64,000 nucleotides of DNA from Maribacter algarum (ex Lu et al. 2025) (nom. illeg.) (GCA_947495915.1 CANMAW010000006.1:170882-234881); one strand, 5' to 3'; positions 39,538-49,322 are shown, counted from the stretch's first letter. Notes: generated from the sequence alone by a model not told the origin. A program made the numbers and translations.

Positions 39538-40091
39538 TCTATCGGAATATTTAAAATTTTGGCAAAAATGAAAGGTAGAAATAATACAAAATTATAAGTG
39601 GCATGAAGTAACATGGCCCAAATTAATCCGAATCGTACTCGTATGAAACCAAAAATCAAACCAATGGCTATCTGCGGAGCAACTAAAAGAGGTGAGAGCA
39701 AAACCGTAGTTGTGCTGAATTCGAAATTTGAAAGATGTATATATCCAAATACTAGCGCAAACAGATAAAATATAATGTTGAAATTTGCGTGATTTTTAAA
39801 AAGAACGAGCGGCGCTCTGAAAATCAATTCTTCAAAAAGTGGCCCAATAACAACTCCTAAAAAAACAACCCCTAATAGAGAATGGTTATCCCACATTTCC
39901 TCGATTGCATGAGTACCAGTATCTAACTGTAAAACCTCTTGAACAATACTGGTAAAAGTGAGTAAAAGTATACCCGCTGCAAGACCTATTAATAAAAGTT
40001 TAAAGAATACTGTCGTTCTATAGTTTAGATTAAGATTAGTATCTTCTTGGTAAATAGGGTTTTTAATGAATTCCCAAAGTATTCGAAGCAT
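39534..40091 (-). CDS. CPBP family intramembrane glutamic endopeptidase (CAAX protease-like)
   Basis: Motif 1 FEELIFRAPL, plus the H-containing motifs GYIHLSN and LLHATYNF in a polytopic protein. Confidence 0.75.
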   Translation of the reverse strand: MLRILWEFIKNPIYQEDTNLNLNYRTTVFFKLLLIGLAAGILLLTFTSIVQEVLQLDTGTHAIEEMWDNHSLLGVVFLGVVIGPLFEELIFRAPLVLFKNHANFNIIFYLFALVFGYIHLSNFEFSTTTVLLSPLLVAPQIAIGLIFGFIRVRFGLIWAMLLHATYNFVLFLPFIFAKILNIPIE

Positions 40092-40099
40092 ACGGTTTT

Positions 40100-40783
40100 T
40101 TATAGTACTGCTGTTTTCGCTATGGATGTTATTAGCCCGTCTACCATAACTAGTTTACGATCCGCAAGATCAGCCAATTGATCATTATGTGTTACAATGA
40201 CAAAGGTTTGACCGAATTTATCTCTTAAGTCAAAAAATAACTGATGTAAGGTGTCGGCACTTTCTGAATCTAAATTACCACTGGGTTCATCGGCAAAAAT
40301 GATTGCGGGATTATTAATAAGGGCTCGTGCAACTGCTACGCGTTGTTGTTCACCACCAGAAAGCTCATTTGGTTTATGATTATACCGATGCGAAAGGCCT
40401 AAAAAGTCGAGTAATTCTTTGGCTCTTTTTTCAGCATCTTTTCGTGCTGTTTTCTTTATGAATGCAGGAATACATACATTTTCCAAAGCCGTAAACTCGG
40501 GAAGCAATTGATGAAACTGAAATATAAAGCCAATATGTTCATTTCTAAATTTAGCCAATGCTTTATCAGATAAATTGGTCACTGAAATGTCGTTTATTAT
40601 GAGGTCGCTTTGAGTTTTGTTTGTGGCTACATCTAAAGTTCCTAAAATTTGGAGCAAAGTAGTTTTTCCAGCTCCTGAAGCTCCTACAATAGAAACAATT
40701 TCACTTTTTTTAATGTGTAAATCAACTCCTTTGAGTACTTGAAGTTCACCATAATACTTTTCAATATTAGAGGCTTTAATCAT
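40100..40783 (-). CDS. ABC transporter ATP-binding protein, LolD/MacB-type
   Basis: Walker [10 protein letters not shown], signature [15 protein letters not shown], Walker B IIFADEP. 227 aa. Confidence 0.8.
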   Translation of the reverse strand: MIKASNIEKYYGELQVLKGVDLHIKKSEIVSIVGASGAGKTTLLQILGTLDVATNKTQSDLIINDISVTNLSDKALAKFRNEHIGFIFQFHQLLPEFTALENVCIPAFIKKTARKDAEKRAKELLDFLGLSHRYNHKPNELSGGEQQRVAVARALINNPAIIFADEPSGNLDSESADTLHQLFFDLRDKFGQTFVIVTHNDQLADLADRKLVMVDGLITSIAKTAVL

Positions 40784-40986
40784 CTTTTAAATTTTATAGG
40801 TTGAAAGTAAACATTAGGCCTGACATGGCAAAATTGCAAGTGATATCGATTTTATTGTAAGGAGATATTAGACAATACGATAGTTTAATTGGTTATATTC
40901 AAAATTACAATTACTACATTTGTTTCACCAAATTTTAATTAAATTTGTTTAGTTTTAAAACAAAAAGAATAAACAAAATAACATAG

Positions 40987-41586
40987 ATGTCTCCATACCG
41001 CAATTTAGAAGAGTATAATTTAGAAATAACTGATGAAGTCAAAGAACGTTTTTCTTCAATCATTGATGAAATTGGTGAAGATGTAAATCGCGAAGGTTTA
41101 GTAAAGACTCCAGAACGTGCAGCAAAAGCCATGTTATTTTTAACACAAGGTTATCAGCAAGATGCAGCAGAAATACTCAAAGGTGCCATGTTTAAAGAAG
41201 ATTATGACGACATGGTAATTGTAAAGAGCATTGAATTATATTCATTATGCGAGCATCACATGCTTCCGTTTTTTGGAAAAGCGCACATAGCTTATATTCC
41301 AAATGGACATATTGTTGGCTTAAGTAAATTACCTCGTATTGTTGATGTTTTTGCTCGGCGCTTACAAGTTCAAGAACGTTTAACACATGACATTTTAGAA
41401 TGTATCAACAATACTTTAAAACCTAAAGGTGTTGCTGTGGTAATCGAAGCTTCACACATGTGTATGATGATGCGTGGTGTGCAAAAACAGAATTCTGTGA
41501 CTACGACTTCAGGATTTCGCGGTCAATTTGAAAAAATCGAAACACGAAATGAGTTTTTGAAACTAATCGGTTCTGATTTGTCGTAA
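40987..41586 (+). CDS. folE: GTP cyclohydrolase I
   Basis: The [20 protein letters not shown] and QVQERLT motifs are diagnostic of FolE type I. Confidence 0.9.
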   Translation: MSPYRNLEEYNLEITDEVKERFSSIIDEIGEDVNREGLVKTPERAAKAMLFLTQGYQQDAAEILKGAMFKEDYDDMVIVKSIELYSLCEHHMLPFFGKAHIAYIPNGHIVGLSKLPRIVDVFARRLQVQERLTHDILECINNTLKPKGVAVVIEASHMCMMMRGVQKQNSVTTTSGFRGQFEKIETRNEFLKLIGSDLS

Positions 41587-41685
41587 TCTTTTTCATTTTT
41601 ACATCATTCGCACACCAGCATTGGAGTTGTTGGTGATTTTTTGGCATTAGATTTGATTATTTTAATTGAACACTAAAATGAACAA

Positions 41686-41985
41686 ATGTCAAAAACTAAA
41701 AATTCGAAATATAAATCACTTTTTCTAGGCCTACTTTTCGACGCCATTGGTATGCTTTCTTTCGTAATTCCCCTAATAGGTGATTTCGGAGATATCGTTT
41801 GGGCACCAATTGCTGCATGGCTAATGACACGAATGTATAAAGGTAAAACAGGTCAAGTGGCTGGTGCAATAACCTTTATAGAGGAAATACTACCCGGTTT
41901 AGATGTCATACCAATGTTTACAATTATGTGGTTGTATACTCATGTTTTCAAAGCGAAAACGTCAAAAGTGATAAATGTAAGCTAG
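41686..41985 (+). CDS. Hypothetical small membrane protein
   Basis: 99 aa with 2-3 hydrophobic segments. No family recognised. Confidence 0.4.
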   Translation: MSKTKNSKYKSLFLGLLFDAIGMLSFVIPLIGDFGDIVWAPIAAWLMTRMYKGKTGQVAGAITFIEEILPGLDVIPMFTIMWLYTHVFKAKTSKVINVS

Positions 41986-41989
41986 TCCT

Positions 41990-42196
41990 TTATTTATCCA
42001 CTTTACAAGTATTCAATCCGACTATAGCATAAAGGGGACAAAAACTTATAAAACTTGTTATCAGAAAAACTCCTGCTAAACCTAATAAGACATAAGCCAA
42101 AGTTCCTTCAATAATGTTTAAGAAAAACATTAAGCCTACAATAGCTGCTACTACAATTCTAATAATGCGATCAATACCGCCCATATTTTTTTTCAT
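41990..42196 (-). CDS. DUF2892 (YgaP C-terminal-like) membrane protein
   Basis: 68 aa. GGIDRIIRIVVAAIVG ... FCPLYAIVGLNTC matches the typical DUF2892 pattern. Confidence 0.65.
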   Translation of the reverse strand: MKKNMGGIDRIIRIVVAAIVGLMFFLNIIEGTLAYVLLGLAGVFLITSFISFCPLYAIVGLNTCKVDK

Positions 42197-42397
42197 AACT
42201 CAATTTTTAAGCCTCAATAACTAATACAACTGCTATTACAATAGAGATGCAAAGCACACAAACTATTAGCAGTTTAAATAGTTTTGATTTCATAAATCAA
42301 AAGTAAAAATTGTATTTTTCACGTATTGTAACAAAGGTTACCAACTAACTTTTTTTAAGATTGTAAGTTTATGGTTGCCAATTTCTGAATATCATAC

Positions 42398-43618
42398 ATG
42401 AACAGACGTAAATTTATAACTAAAGGTGCCGTGGTATCGATGGCAGCATTGACAGGCATTGAATTTGTATTTGGTAATAACATTCCTTTTGGCTATACCC
42501 CTTTGGTCTTTCAACAACCTGATCCTTTTACTTTGTTTAATAAGGATAAAAGAATGTCTGTTTTAAATAATAAACCATGGAATATTGAAGCAAAAGCTCA
42601 TTTATTAGATGACCAAGTGACACCTAATAAATTTATGTTTATTCGTAATAACGGAATTATACCGGAGCAGATTGATACTAAAAAATGGACACTAACAATT
42701 GATGGAGAATCGGTTAAAATACCCATTACATTTTCATTACAAGATTTAAAAACCAAGTTTAAGCAATATACCTATCAATTAACTTTAGAATGCGGAGGTA
42801 ATGGACGAAGTGAATTTGATCCTCCTGCCAAAGGTAATCAATGGACTATTGGTGCAGTTTCTTGTGCCAATTGGACAGGTGTTCGGTTAAAAGATGTGCT
42901 CAAAGAAGTTGGTTTTTCAGATGATGCCGTTTATGTTGGCTATCACGCCGCTGATCAACATTTAAGTAGAAATCCGAAGAAAGAACCGATCTCGAGAGGT
43001 GCCCCAATGGCTAAAGCATTACAAGATGAAACCTTGTTGGCTTTTCAAATGAACGGAGAAGATATTCCATTGGCTCATGGTTACCCTTTACGTTTGGTTG
43101 CTGGAGGGTGGCCTGCATCAGTTTCTGGAAAATGGATAAATCGCATTAGTGTTCGTAATAAAATTCATGACGGACCAAAAATGGGTGGTAGTTCGTATCG
43201 AGTACCTTGTAAATCTGTAGCACCAGGAGAAAAGGTTACTGATGAAGACATGTGTATTATTGAATCAATGCCGGTAAAGTCACTAATAACATATCCGATG
43301 TCAGGGGCAATGTTACCCATAGAGAGATCATTGAAAATTAGAGGCCACGCATGGGCGGGAGAACTAGAAGTTCATAAAATGGAGTATTCCATTGATTTCG
43401 GATCAACTTGGACCACTTGCAATATAGATAAACCAGTAAATCGGTTAGCCTGGCAGCATTTCAATGCCAATATCACTTTTCCGAAGGTTGGGTATTACGA
43501 GGTATGGGCGCGTGCTACTGATAGCCAAGGTAATTCGCAACCTATGCTTGTGCCCGGTTGGAACCCAAAAGGTTATCTAAATAATGCGTGTCATCGCATA
43601 GCTATAAAAATTACTTGA
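42398..43618 (+). CDS. Tat-exported molybdopterin oxidoreductase of the sulfite oxidase family (SorA-like)
   Basis: Twin-arginine signal NRRKFITKGAVVSMAAL. Mo-ligand cysteine context LTLECGGNGRS. C-terminal Mo-co dimerisation-like domain; 406 aa. Confidence 0.8.
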   Translation: MNRRKFITKGAVVSMAALTGIEFVFGNNIPFGYTPLVFQQPDPFTLFNKDKRMSVLNNKPWNIEAKAHLLDDQVTPNKFMFIRNNGIIPEQIDTKKWTLTIDGESVKIPITFSLQDLKTKFKQYTYQLTLECGGNGRSEFDPPAKGNQWTIGAVSCANWTGVRLKDVLKEVGFSDDAVYVGYHAADQHLSRNPKKEPISRGAPMAKALQDETLLAFQMNGEDIPLAHGYPLRLVAGGWPASVSGKWINRISVRNKIHDGPKMGGSSYRVPCKSVAPGEKVTDEDMCIIESMPVKSLITYPMSGAMLPIERSLKIRGHAWAGELEVHKMEYSIDFGSTWTTCNIDKPVNRLAWQHFNANITFPKVGYYEVWARATDSQGNSQPMLVPGWNPKGYLNNACHRIAIKIT

Positions 43619-43621
43619 AGA

Positions 43622-44026
43622 ATGACAGGTGAAACCAATTTAAGTCGACTTATTGCCGAAATGAACCCTGTGTTAAATAAAGGTTCGTATGTATTTGTAA
43701 GTTTAAAAAATATAGGCAAAATAAACCGTAATGACACCCTTTTTGAATTTAAAGAAAAAGAAGGGGTAACCTTGGTTCTTGAAAAGAATAAAGCAGACGA
43801 TTTACAACTGGCATATAATTTTGTATCCTCTTGGATAACTCTTAAGATACATTCTTCATTAGAAGCCGTTGGGCTAACAGCAACTTTCTCTTCGGCTTTA
43901 GCTACTGAAAAAATAAGCTGCAATGTAGTTTCCGGCTACTTTCATGACCATATTTTTGTTGCTGAAAAAGATGCTAACAAAGCTATTGAAGTTTTAATAG
44001 CATTGTCAAAAAATAAACCCTCATAA
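43622..44026 (+). CDS. ACT-domain protein (DUF2241/ACT_3-like)
   Basis: 134 aa. N-terminal TNLSRLIAEMNPVLNKGSYVFVSL resembles the conserved start of DUF2241-type tandem-ACT proteins. Starts 3 nt after the molybdoenzyme gene. Confidence 0.5.
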   Translation: MTGETNLSRLIAEMNPVLNKGSYVFVSLKNIGKINRNDTLFEFKEKEGVTLVLEKNKADDLQLAYNFVSSWITLKIHSSLEAVGLTATFSSALATEKISCNVVSGYFHDHIFVAEKDANKAIEVLIALSKNKPS

Positions 44027-44027
44027 A

Positions 44028-44477
44028 ATGGAGAACGAAAGAATAACTAAAGGAATTATAGGCACTTATAGGGTGTTAATTGTTTTATGTGTTCTAATTG
44101 TTATTATTTCAATAGTTGGTTTGTATTTTTTCGAAAAAAAAGATTCAAAATTTATTGCCATTCCTGAAGAAGAAATAGGTCAAAGTGAAGTAGCGAATGG
44201 AATTCATTTAGCAACAGGTTTTATAGAAGCCCCAGGAATGCAAGAAACCATTGCCAATTGCACAACTTGTCATTCTTCCCAATTGGTTATTCAAAATAGA
44301 ATGAGTAAGCAAGCATGGCATGCCACTATTGATTGGATGCAAGAAACCCAAAATTTATGGCCATTAGGTGACAATGAAGAAATTATTATAGATTATTTAG
44401 TAAAAAATTACCCATCAACTAAAAAGGGGAGACGCATTAAACTTCAGGTAGAAAAATGGTATGAATTAACTGAATAA
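44028..44477 (+). CDS. Membrane-anchored monoheme cytochrome c (candidate electron acceptor, SorB-like role)
   Basis: N-terminal TM helix and a single CxxCH motif (NCTTCHS). 149 aa. Starts 1 nt after the ACT gene. Confidence 0.6.
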   Translation: MENERITKGIIGTYRVLIVLCVLIVIISIVGLYFFEKKDSKFIAIPEEEIGQSEVANGIHLATGFIEAPGMQETIANCTTCHSSQLVIQNRMSKQAWHATIDWMQETQNLWPLGDNEEIIIDYLVKNYPSTKKGRRIKLQVEKWYELTE

Positions 44478-44483
44478 GGCAAT

Positions 44484-45371
44484 ATGGACTATTTAGAAAC
44501 TTTTAAAAATTCTTTTTTAGGAACTTTAAGTTGGACATGGAAATCTATACTTTTTGAAGTACCCTGGTATACGAATTACTTTTGGGGATTAGTACTAATT
44601 TCGTTGATTGTTTGGGGCTTTGAAATCATATTTCCGTGGCGCAAAAACCAATCTGTTTTTCGAAAAGATTTTTGGTTAGATGCCTTTTATATGTTTTTCA
44701 ATTTTTTTGTTTTTGCCATTATTATTAGTGGTGTTTATAAAATTCTTGGCCTCCTTTTCAGCGATATTGGTATTTCTGCAACTACACTTGCTATTTTGAA
44801 ACTTGAACAATTTCCGGTTTGGCTTCAATTAGTAGTATTCTTTGTACTATTGGATTTTGTTCAGTGGTTCACCCATACACTACTGCATCGTTACGAGTTT
44901 TTGTGGCGTTTTCATCAGGTACATCATTCGGTAAAAGAAATGGGCTTTGCTGCGCATTTACGCTATCATTGGATGGAAAATATATTATACAAACCTTTGA
45001 AAACTCTTGCAGTAATGATTTTAGGGGGCTTTGAACCTGAACAAGCTTATATTGTACATTTTATAGCTATTGCTATTGGTCATTTAAATCATTCTAACGT
45101 TAAAATAACTTGGGGGCCATTAAAATATGTTTTTAATAATCCTGTAATGCATTTATATCATCATGCCTATTCTTTACCTGAAGACCGAAGTAGGGGAGTT
45201 AATTTTGGAATTAGTTTAAGTCTATGGGATTATATCTTCAAAACGAATTACATTCCTGAAGAAGGTGGAGAGATAGAATTAGGGTATGAAGGAGATAAAG
45301 AAATGCCAAAGGGTTTTTTAAAACAGTTAACCTTCGGTTTTAGTAGTGCAAAACCGAAGGTTAAAGATTAA
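44484..45371 (+). CDS. Fatty acid hydroxylase / sterol desaturase family membrane protein
   Basis: Histidine boxes HTLLHRYEFLWRFHQVHHS, HLNHSN and HLYHH in a polytopic protein. Confidence 0.8.
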   Translation: MDYLETFKNSFLGTLSWTWKSILFEVPWYTNYFWGLVLISLIVWGFEIIFPWRKNQSVFRKDFWLDAFYMFFNFFVFAIIISGVYKILGLLFSDIGISATTLAILKLEQFPVWLQLVVFFVLLDFVQWFTHTLLHRYEFLWRFHQVHHSVKEMGFAAHLRYHWMENILYKPLKTLAVMILGGFEPEQAYIVHFIAIAIGHLNHSNVKITWGPLKYVFNNPVMHLYHHAYSLPEDRSRGVNFGISLSLWDYIFKTNYIPEEGGEIELGYEGDKEMPKGFLKQLTFGFSSAKPKVKD

Positions 45372-45372
45372 T

Positions 45373-45948
45373 TTATTGTACTGTAATATCAAAAGATTGT
45401 GCGATATCAGTTTCTCCACCGGCGTCTGCTAACGAACCGTCATTTGGTTTTGTAGGCTCATGTCTTAAAGTAACCAAAAGAGTTCCTTCACCAGCATCAC
45501 CAGTAGTTAATTCAAAAGAAAGCCCAACTGGGTTACCATCACTGTCTTCATCTGAATAAGTAACTCCGCTTATAGCTCCTCCTGTAGTAAAGAAAAATTG
45601 ATGTTCTTCATCTTCTTCTTCAATTTCTTCTGTAATATCTTCTGCTGGAGATTCGGCCTCATTCAATAATTCAATACTACCAGAATAGGTTGTATTTGCT
45701 AGTAAATTATCAGACACTGTAATTTCAGGATTATTTGGTCCGTCACCATCTAAGTCTTGAGATTGTAATGTTATTGTATTACCAGAACCCGTTAGTGTAA
45801 TGGTCATCGTTGTAATTACTTCTTCTTCGTCAACAGCAACTGGTGCGTCATCATCATCAGAACAAGACAAGGCAATTAGACCAAAGCCTAAAATTAAAAT
45901 TGATTTGTTGATTTTAGGACTGCCAAAAAAGTTCGAAATTGTTTTCAT
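45373..45948 (-). CDS. Hypothetical acidic lipoprotein downstream of the TonB-dependent receptor
   Basis: Lipobox LIALSCSDDDD and very acidic tracts (EEIEEEDEEH, DLDGDGPNNPE). No family recognised. Confidence 0.5.
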   Translation of the reverse strand: MKTISNFFGSPKINKSILILGFGLIALSCSDDDDAPVAVDEEEVITTMTITLTGSGNTITLQSQDLDGDGPNNPEITVSDNLLANTTYSGSIELLNEAESPAEDITEEIEEEDEEHQFFFTTGGAISGVTYSDEDSDGNPVGLSFELTTGDAGEGTLLVTLRHEPTKPNDGSLADAGGETDIAQSFDITVQ

Positions 45949-45972
45949 TTTAGTTTTAATTTAGATTAATAG

Positions 45973-48369
45973 TTAATATTTATATATAATTCGTGCGCTA
46001 ATAGTACGGCCAAGGTCGTCTGCAAAATATCGCTGACGATTTAGGTAATCTCGATATGAAGTATTCAATAGGTTTGTTGCTCTTAAGCCAACTTTAAAAT
46101 CATTTTTCTTGCTAATAGAAAATGTACTTTCAACATCGAAAGCAATTAAATGGTAGGCATCTGGGGGAGTATTTATATCTAATTCAACATTTTGCTGTTC
46201 TTGCGGAGAAAAGACAAAAATGTTTTCAGGAAATCTTTTCTGTTCAAAAACATATTGACTTTCTAGACCAATTGTTAAATTGTTCCAAGCTGTTTTATGG
46301 TATGATATTGAGTTACTTATATTCGCTGATGGAATATTAATTAGTGGTGTTTTTGAACTCTTATCTTCACCGCGTACCCATGAAAATTTATGATCAGTTC
46401 TAATATTTGTAGTCCATTGATTGTAAATTGACATATCAATACCTAGTAATTGAGCATTTGTTTGTCTATATGACCAAACGGGAAATGCACCTCGTATCGT
46501 AAATTCTACTGTTGTTGGCTCAAGTATTATAAAATCGTTGACATTGTTTAAATATGGAGCCACAGTATAGCCCCATGAAGTAGAATTCTTTTCTAAAGAC
46601 AATGATATTTTTGATGACGACTCGCTTTTAATGCGAAGCTCACCAAGTTCAATACGTGCGGCAGAATGATGTAATCCGTCACTAAATAGTTCAGATGGGT
46701 TTGGTGCTCGTTGGGCTAAAGAGTAATTAAATCGTAAAAGATTTTCGTTACCAATATTGTATTTGAAACCGGCTGTTGCTGATACATTATGATAGTCAAA
46801 TATTGGATTGACTAATAGTTGAGTTCCAAGATCTTCAACAATTATATCATTAAAATCGATATCATAGCCTCTTTCTTCCCATCTTGAGGTTCGATAAAAT
46901 TTCTGAGCATTCATTCGATTAAAATCATATCGAAAACCACCATCAAAAGTGAAGTCATCATTAATAGCGTACGTAGCGGTGGTAAATATGCCTAAATCGT
47001 ATTTGTCATAATCAGGAATTAATCTTCTTACTCCCGTCTCTGGATTTGCAAAATTGGTTTGATACCTACCAACTAGTCCAATTTTTACCTCCAAATTTTC
47101 TTTGGCATCTAGTTTAATGTTAGTAGCGAAAGAATGTGTTGCCAGTTTTAAATCAAGCGATGCTTTATTCGCATCACTACCAACTCGAATGTCATATTCA
47201 AACCTCCTGTTGTTTTGAAAATCATATTGTATCATCCATTTCCCAAGTCCTTCAAATCTGCGATAATAACTAAGTTTACCTAGGTGGTGTGTAACTTCTT
47301 GATTCGGCCGATTAATGTTAAAACTGAAATCATTTATAATATTGGGTTGACCACTATTAATAGATTGAATTAAATCGTCAACATTACCAATATGCGAGGC
47401 TCTTAGTATTCCAATTTCAGAATCAAAGTAAGAGTAGTAAGCTTCCCAACCTTGAATGAAATCTCTTTTACCAATCGTTAATGATACTCCTAATTCTTGA
47501 ATTCCAGTATTAGACAATATGTAATCAGGTGATTCCATATCGCCTAGTTTTTTATAAGAACCCTGACCTTTTATGAATAAACCAGACTTATAAGATTTAA
47601 TAAGGCTTGAAGTAAGGTTGCCGCCCCTACCATTTGAAAATAAGTTAAGTTGGGTTTTTCCAAAAAGAGAGTCTGTTCTAGCTATAGGAAGAGGATTCAT
47701 AATAATAACACCTCCGATAGCATCTCCGCTATATTCTAGAGCTGCTGCTCCTTTTATAATTCTAATGTCTTGGTTTGAATTGATATCGACATTAGGTGCG
47801 TGTTCTTCACCCCATTCCATATCTTGCATACGAACATTATTGTTGAGAATTAAAATTCTACTTCCGTTTAAACCTTGAATGATGGGTTTAACGATATTCG
47901 CTCCTGTATTTAAAGAAGATACACCTGTTATACTTTTTAATGCATCGCCTAAACTACGCCCACTATTTTTTTCTAATTCTGATTGCGAAAGTTTCTCTTC
48001 TTGAGCAGAAAGAGTAATATTTGGCTTAGTACTAATAACATCGACTTCATCTAATTCTTCCAAATGATGTTCAAGTCTGATTTTTTCAAAAGAATCTCCT
48101 TTAAGTGTAATGGTAATAAACTGAGTTTTACATTCAGGGTGTGAAATTTCAAGTTCTAAAACACCATCACATAAATCTTGAAATCTAAATTTTCCTTCAT
48201 CATTAGAATTTGTTGCTAATGATTTTCCAGTAACGCTAATATAGGCACCCGAAAGAGGGGTGTTGTCATGAAAATCTACAATTTCTCCTAACAGAATAGA
48301 GTTACATTCTTGTGCTAAACTAAAATTACCAATGCAAAATGCAAATAGTAATAATAAACGATAATTCAT
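45973..48369 (-). CDS. TonB-dependent outer membrane receptor with N-terminal carboxypeptidase-regulatory-like domain
   Basis: 798 aa. CarbopepD_reg-like N-terminus (GEIVDFHDNTPLSGAYISV), plug region (GANIVKPIIQGLNGSRILIL) and a beta-barrel ending in aromatic ...RIIYKY. Confidence 0.85.
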   Translation of the reverse strand: MNYRLLLLFAFCIGNFSLAQECNSILLGEIVDFHDNTPLSGAYISVTGKSLATNSNDEGKFRFQDLCDGVLELEISHPECKTQFITITLKGDSFEKIRLEHHLEELDEVDVISTKPNITLSAQEEKLSQSELEKNSGRSLGDALKSITGVSSLNTGANIVKPIIQGLNGSRILILNNNVRMQDMEWGEEHAPNVDINSNQDIRIIKGAAALEYSGDAIGGVIIMNPLPIARTDSLFGKTQLNLFSNGRGGNLTSSLIKSYKSGLFIKGQGSYKKLGDMESPDYILSNTGIQELGVSLTIGKRDFIQGWEAYYSYFDSEIGILRASHIGNVDDLIQSINSGQPNIINDFSFNINRPNQEVTHHLGKLSYYRRFEGLGKWMIQYDFQNNRRFEYDIRVGSDANKASLDLKLATHSFATNIKLDAKENLEVKIGLVGRYQTNFANPETGVRRLIPDYDKYDLGIFTTATYAINDDFTFDGGFRYDFNRMNAQKFYRTSRWEERGYDIDFNDIIVEDLGTQLLVNPIFDYHNVSATAGFKYNIGNENLLRFNYSLAQRAPNPSELFSDGLHHSAARIELGELRIKSESSSKISLSLEKNSTSWGYTVAPYLNNVNDFIILEPTTVEFTIRGAFPVWSYRQTNAQLLGIDMSIYNQWTTNIRTDHKFSWVRGEDKSSKTPLINIPSANISNSISYHKTAWNNLTIGLESQYVFEQKRFPENIFVFSPQEQQNVELDINTPPDAYHLIAFDVESTFSISKKNDFKVGLRATNLLNTSYRDYLNRQRYFADDLGRTISARIIYKY

Positions 48370-48432
48370 TGTACTTGTATTACGCCAATAATGGTCAATT
48401 TTATAACTTGACCGTAATTTTTTAGATAAAAA

Positions 48433-48735
48433 CTAGGCTAAATACGGAGGAGGTCTACTGAGAAGTTGAAAGCGTATTAAAGAAGAAATTATAATCTGAC
48501 TATATAAAGCAAATTGTTTCTCACCTGCCCGAATAACCATTGGTAACTCAACTACCTGAAAAGGTGTAAAAAGAGTTTCTGATTTTGAATTTTCAACCGC
48601 TAATTCACATAATTCACAATTTTCAATTTCATCAGAGCCGTTGTCTTCATGGGTATATACATGAAAAGAAGACACTTTAAAAAACATTAAAGTGAGGAAG
48701 ACAAAAGACAAAAAGGGTGCAAGACTTCTTTTCAT
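48433..48735 (-). CDS. Small membrane-anchored protein with His and CxxC motifs
   Basis: Preferred start MKRSLAPFLSFVFLTLMFF (ATG at 48735), then FHVYTHEDNGSDEIENCELCELA. Lies immediately upstream of the TonB receptor gene. Confidence 0.45.
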   Translation of the reverse strand: MKRSLAPFLSFVFLTLMFFKVSSFHVYTHEDNGSDEIENCELCELAVENSKSETLFTPFQVVELPMVIRAGEKQFALYSQIIISSLIRFQLLSRPPPYLA

Positions 48736-48784
48736 AGAAGTTGTAAAAATAAGCAATGCAATATCATATTTTGTTAAAGAAACC

Positions 48785-49288
48785 TTAACTCTTTTTATCA
48801 AATAAAAAACCTAAACCAAAACGCCTAAGCATTTTCTTTTCAAAATTCCAAAAGAATTGAAACTGACCAAACAGCCAACCGAAGAAAACCAGCAATAGCT
48901 GATAGAAGAACAGGCTGATCAAAATAAACAGTACCCAGTATACTATAGCAGGAAGGTTTTCTTGATTGATACCTAAAAGCTTAATTATTGGGCGCCCTAC
49001 AAAAACACTAGAACTACCTGTTATAGCAAAAACTATAAATATTCGAATCATTTCCCAACGGTAATCAACCATCCATTTGTTTTCTAATTTTTTAAAAATG
49101 AACAAACAAATCTTAATCAATAAGAAAGTAAAGAATAAGGATAAACTAGTTAATAAAATGATGTTAGCATCTGCAAAAATTAACTTTGTTAATCTGAAAG
49201 AACTGAAAACCAATCCTATTATGCCTATTAATGGAAAAATTAGTTGCCAATTCTTTTCTATTTGCCAACGATTTTTAAACTGTTGCAT
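48785..49288 (-). CDS. Hypothetical polytopic membrane protein
   Basis: Preferred start MQQFKNRWQIEKNWQ (ATG at 49288); four hydrophobic segments. Confidence 0.45.
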   Translation of the reverse strand: MQQFKNRWQIEKNWQLIFPLIGIIGLVFSSFRLTKLIFADANIILLTSLSLFFTFLLIKICLFIFKKLENKWMVDYRWEMIRIFIVFAITGSSSVFVGRPIIKLLGINQENLPAIVYWVLFILISLFFYQLLLVFFGWLFGQFQFFWNFEKKMLRRFGLGFLFDKKS

Positions 49289-49322
49289 ACCTTTAAATAA
49301 GTAGCAAAGATACAATGCTGTT

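Noticed and set aside
40784-40986. THF/folate-type riboswitch in the folE leader
   Set aside because: A -7 box (TACATTTG near 40914..40921) leaves a leader of only about 60 nt. That leader is almost pure A/T, with no stable stems visible.
48370-48432. Cobalamin or other riboswitch ahead of the TonB-dependent receptor genes
   Set aside because: The leaders are 63 nt (45973..48369 receptor) and 11 nt (55034..58168 receptor). Both are too short, and neither contains a B12-box-like sequence.
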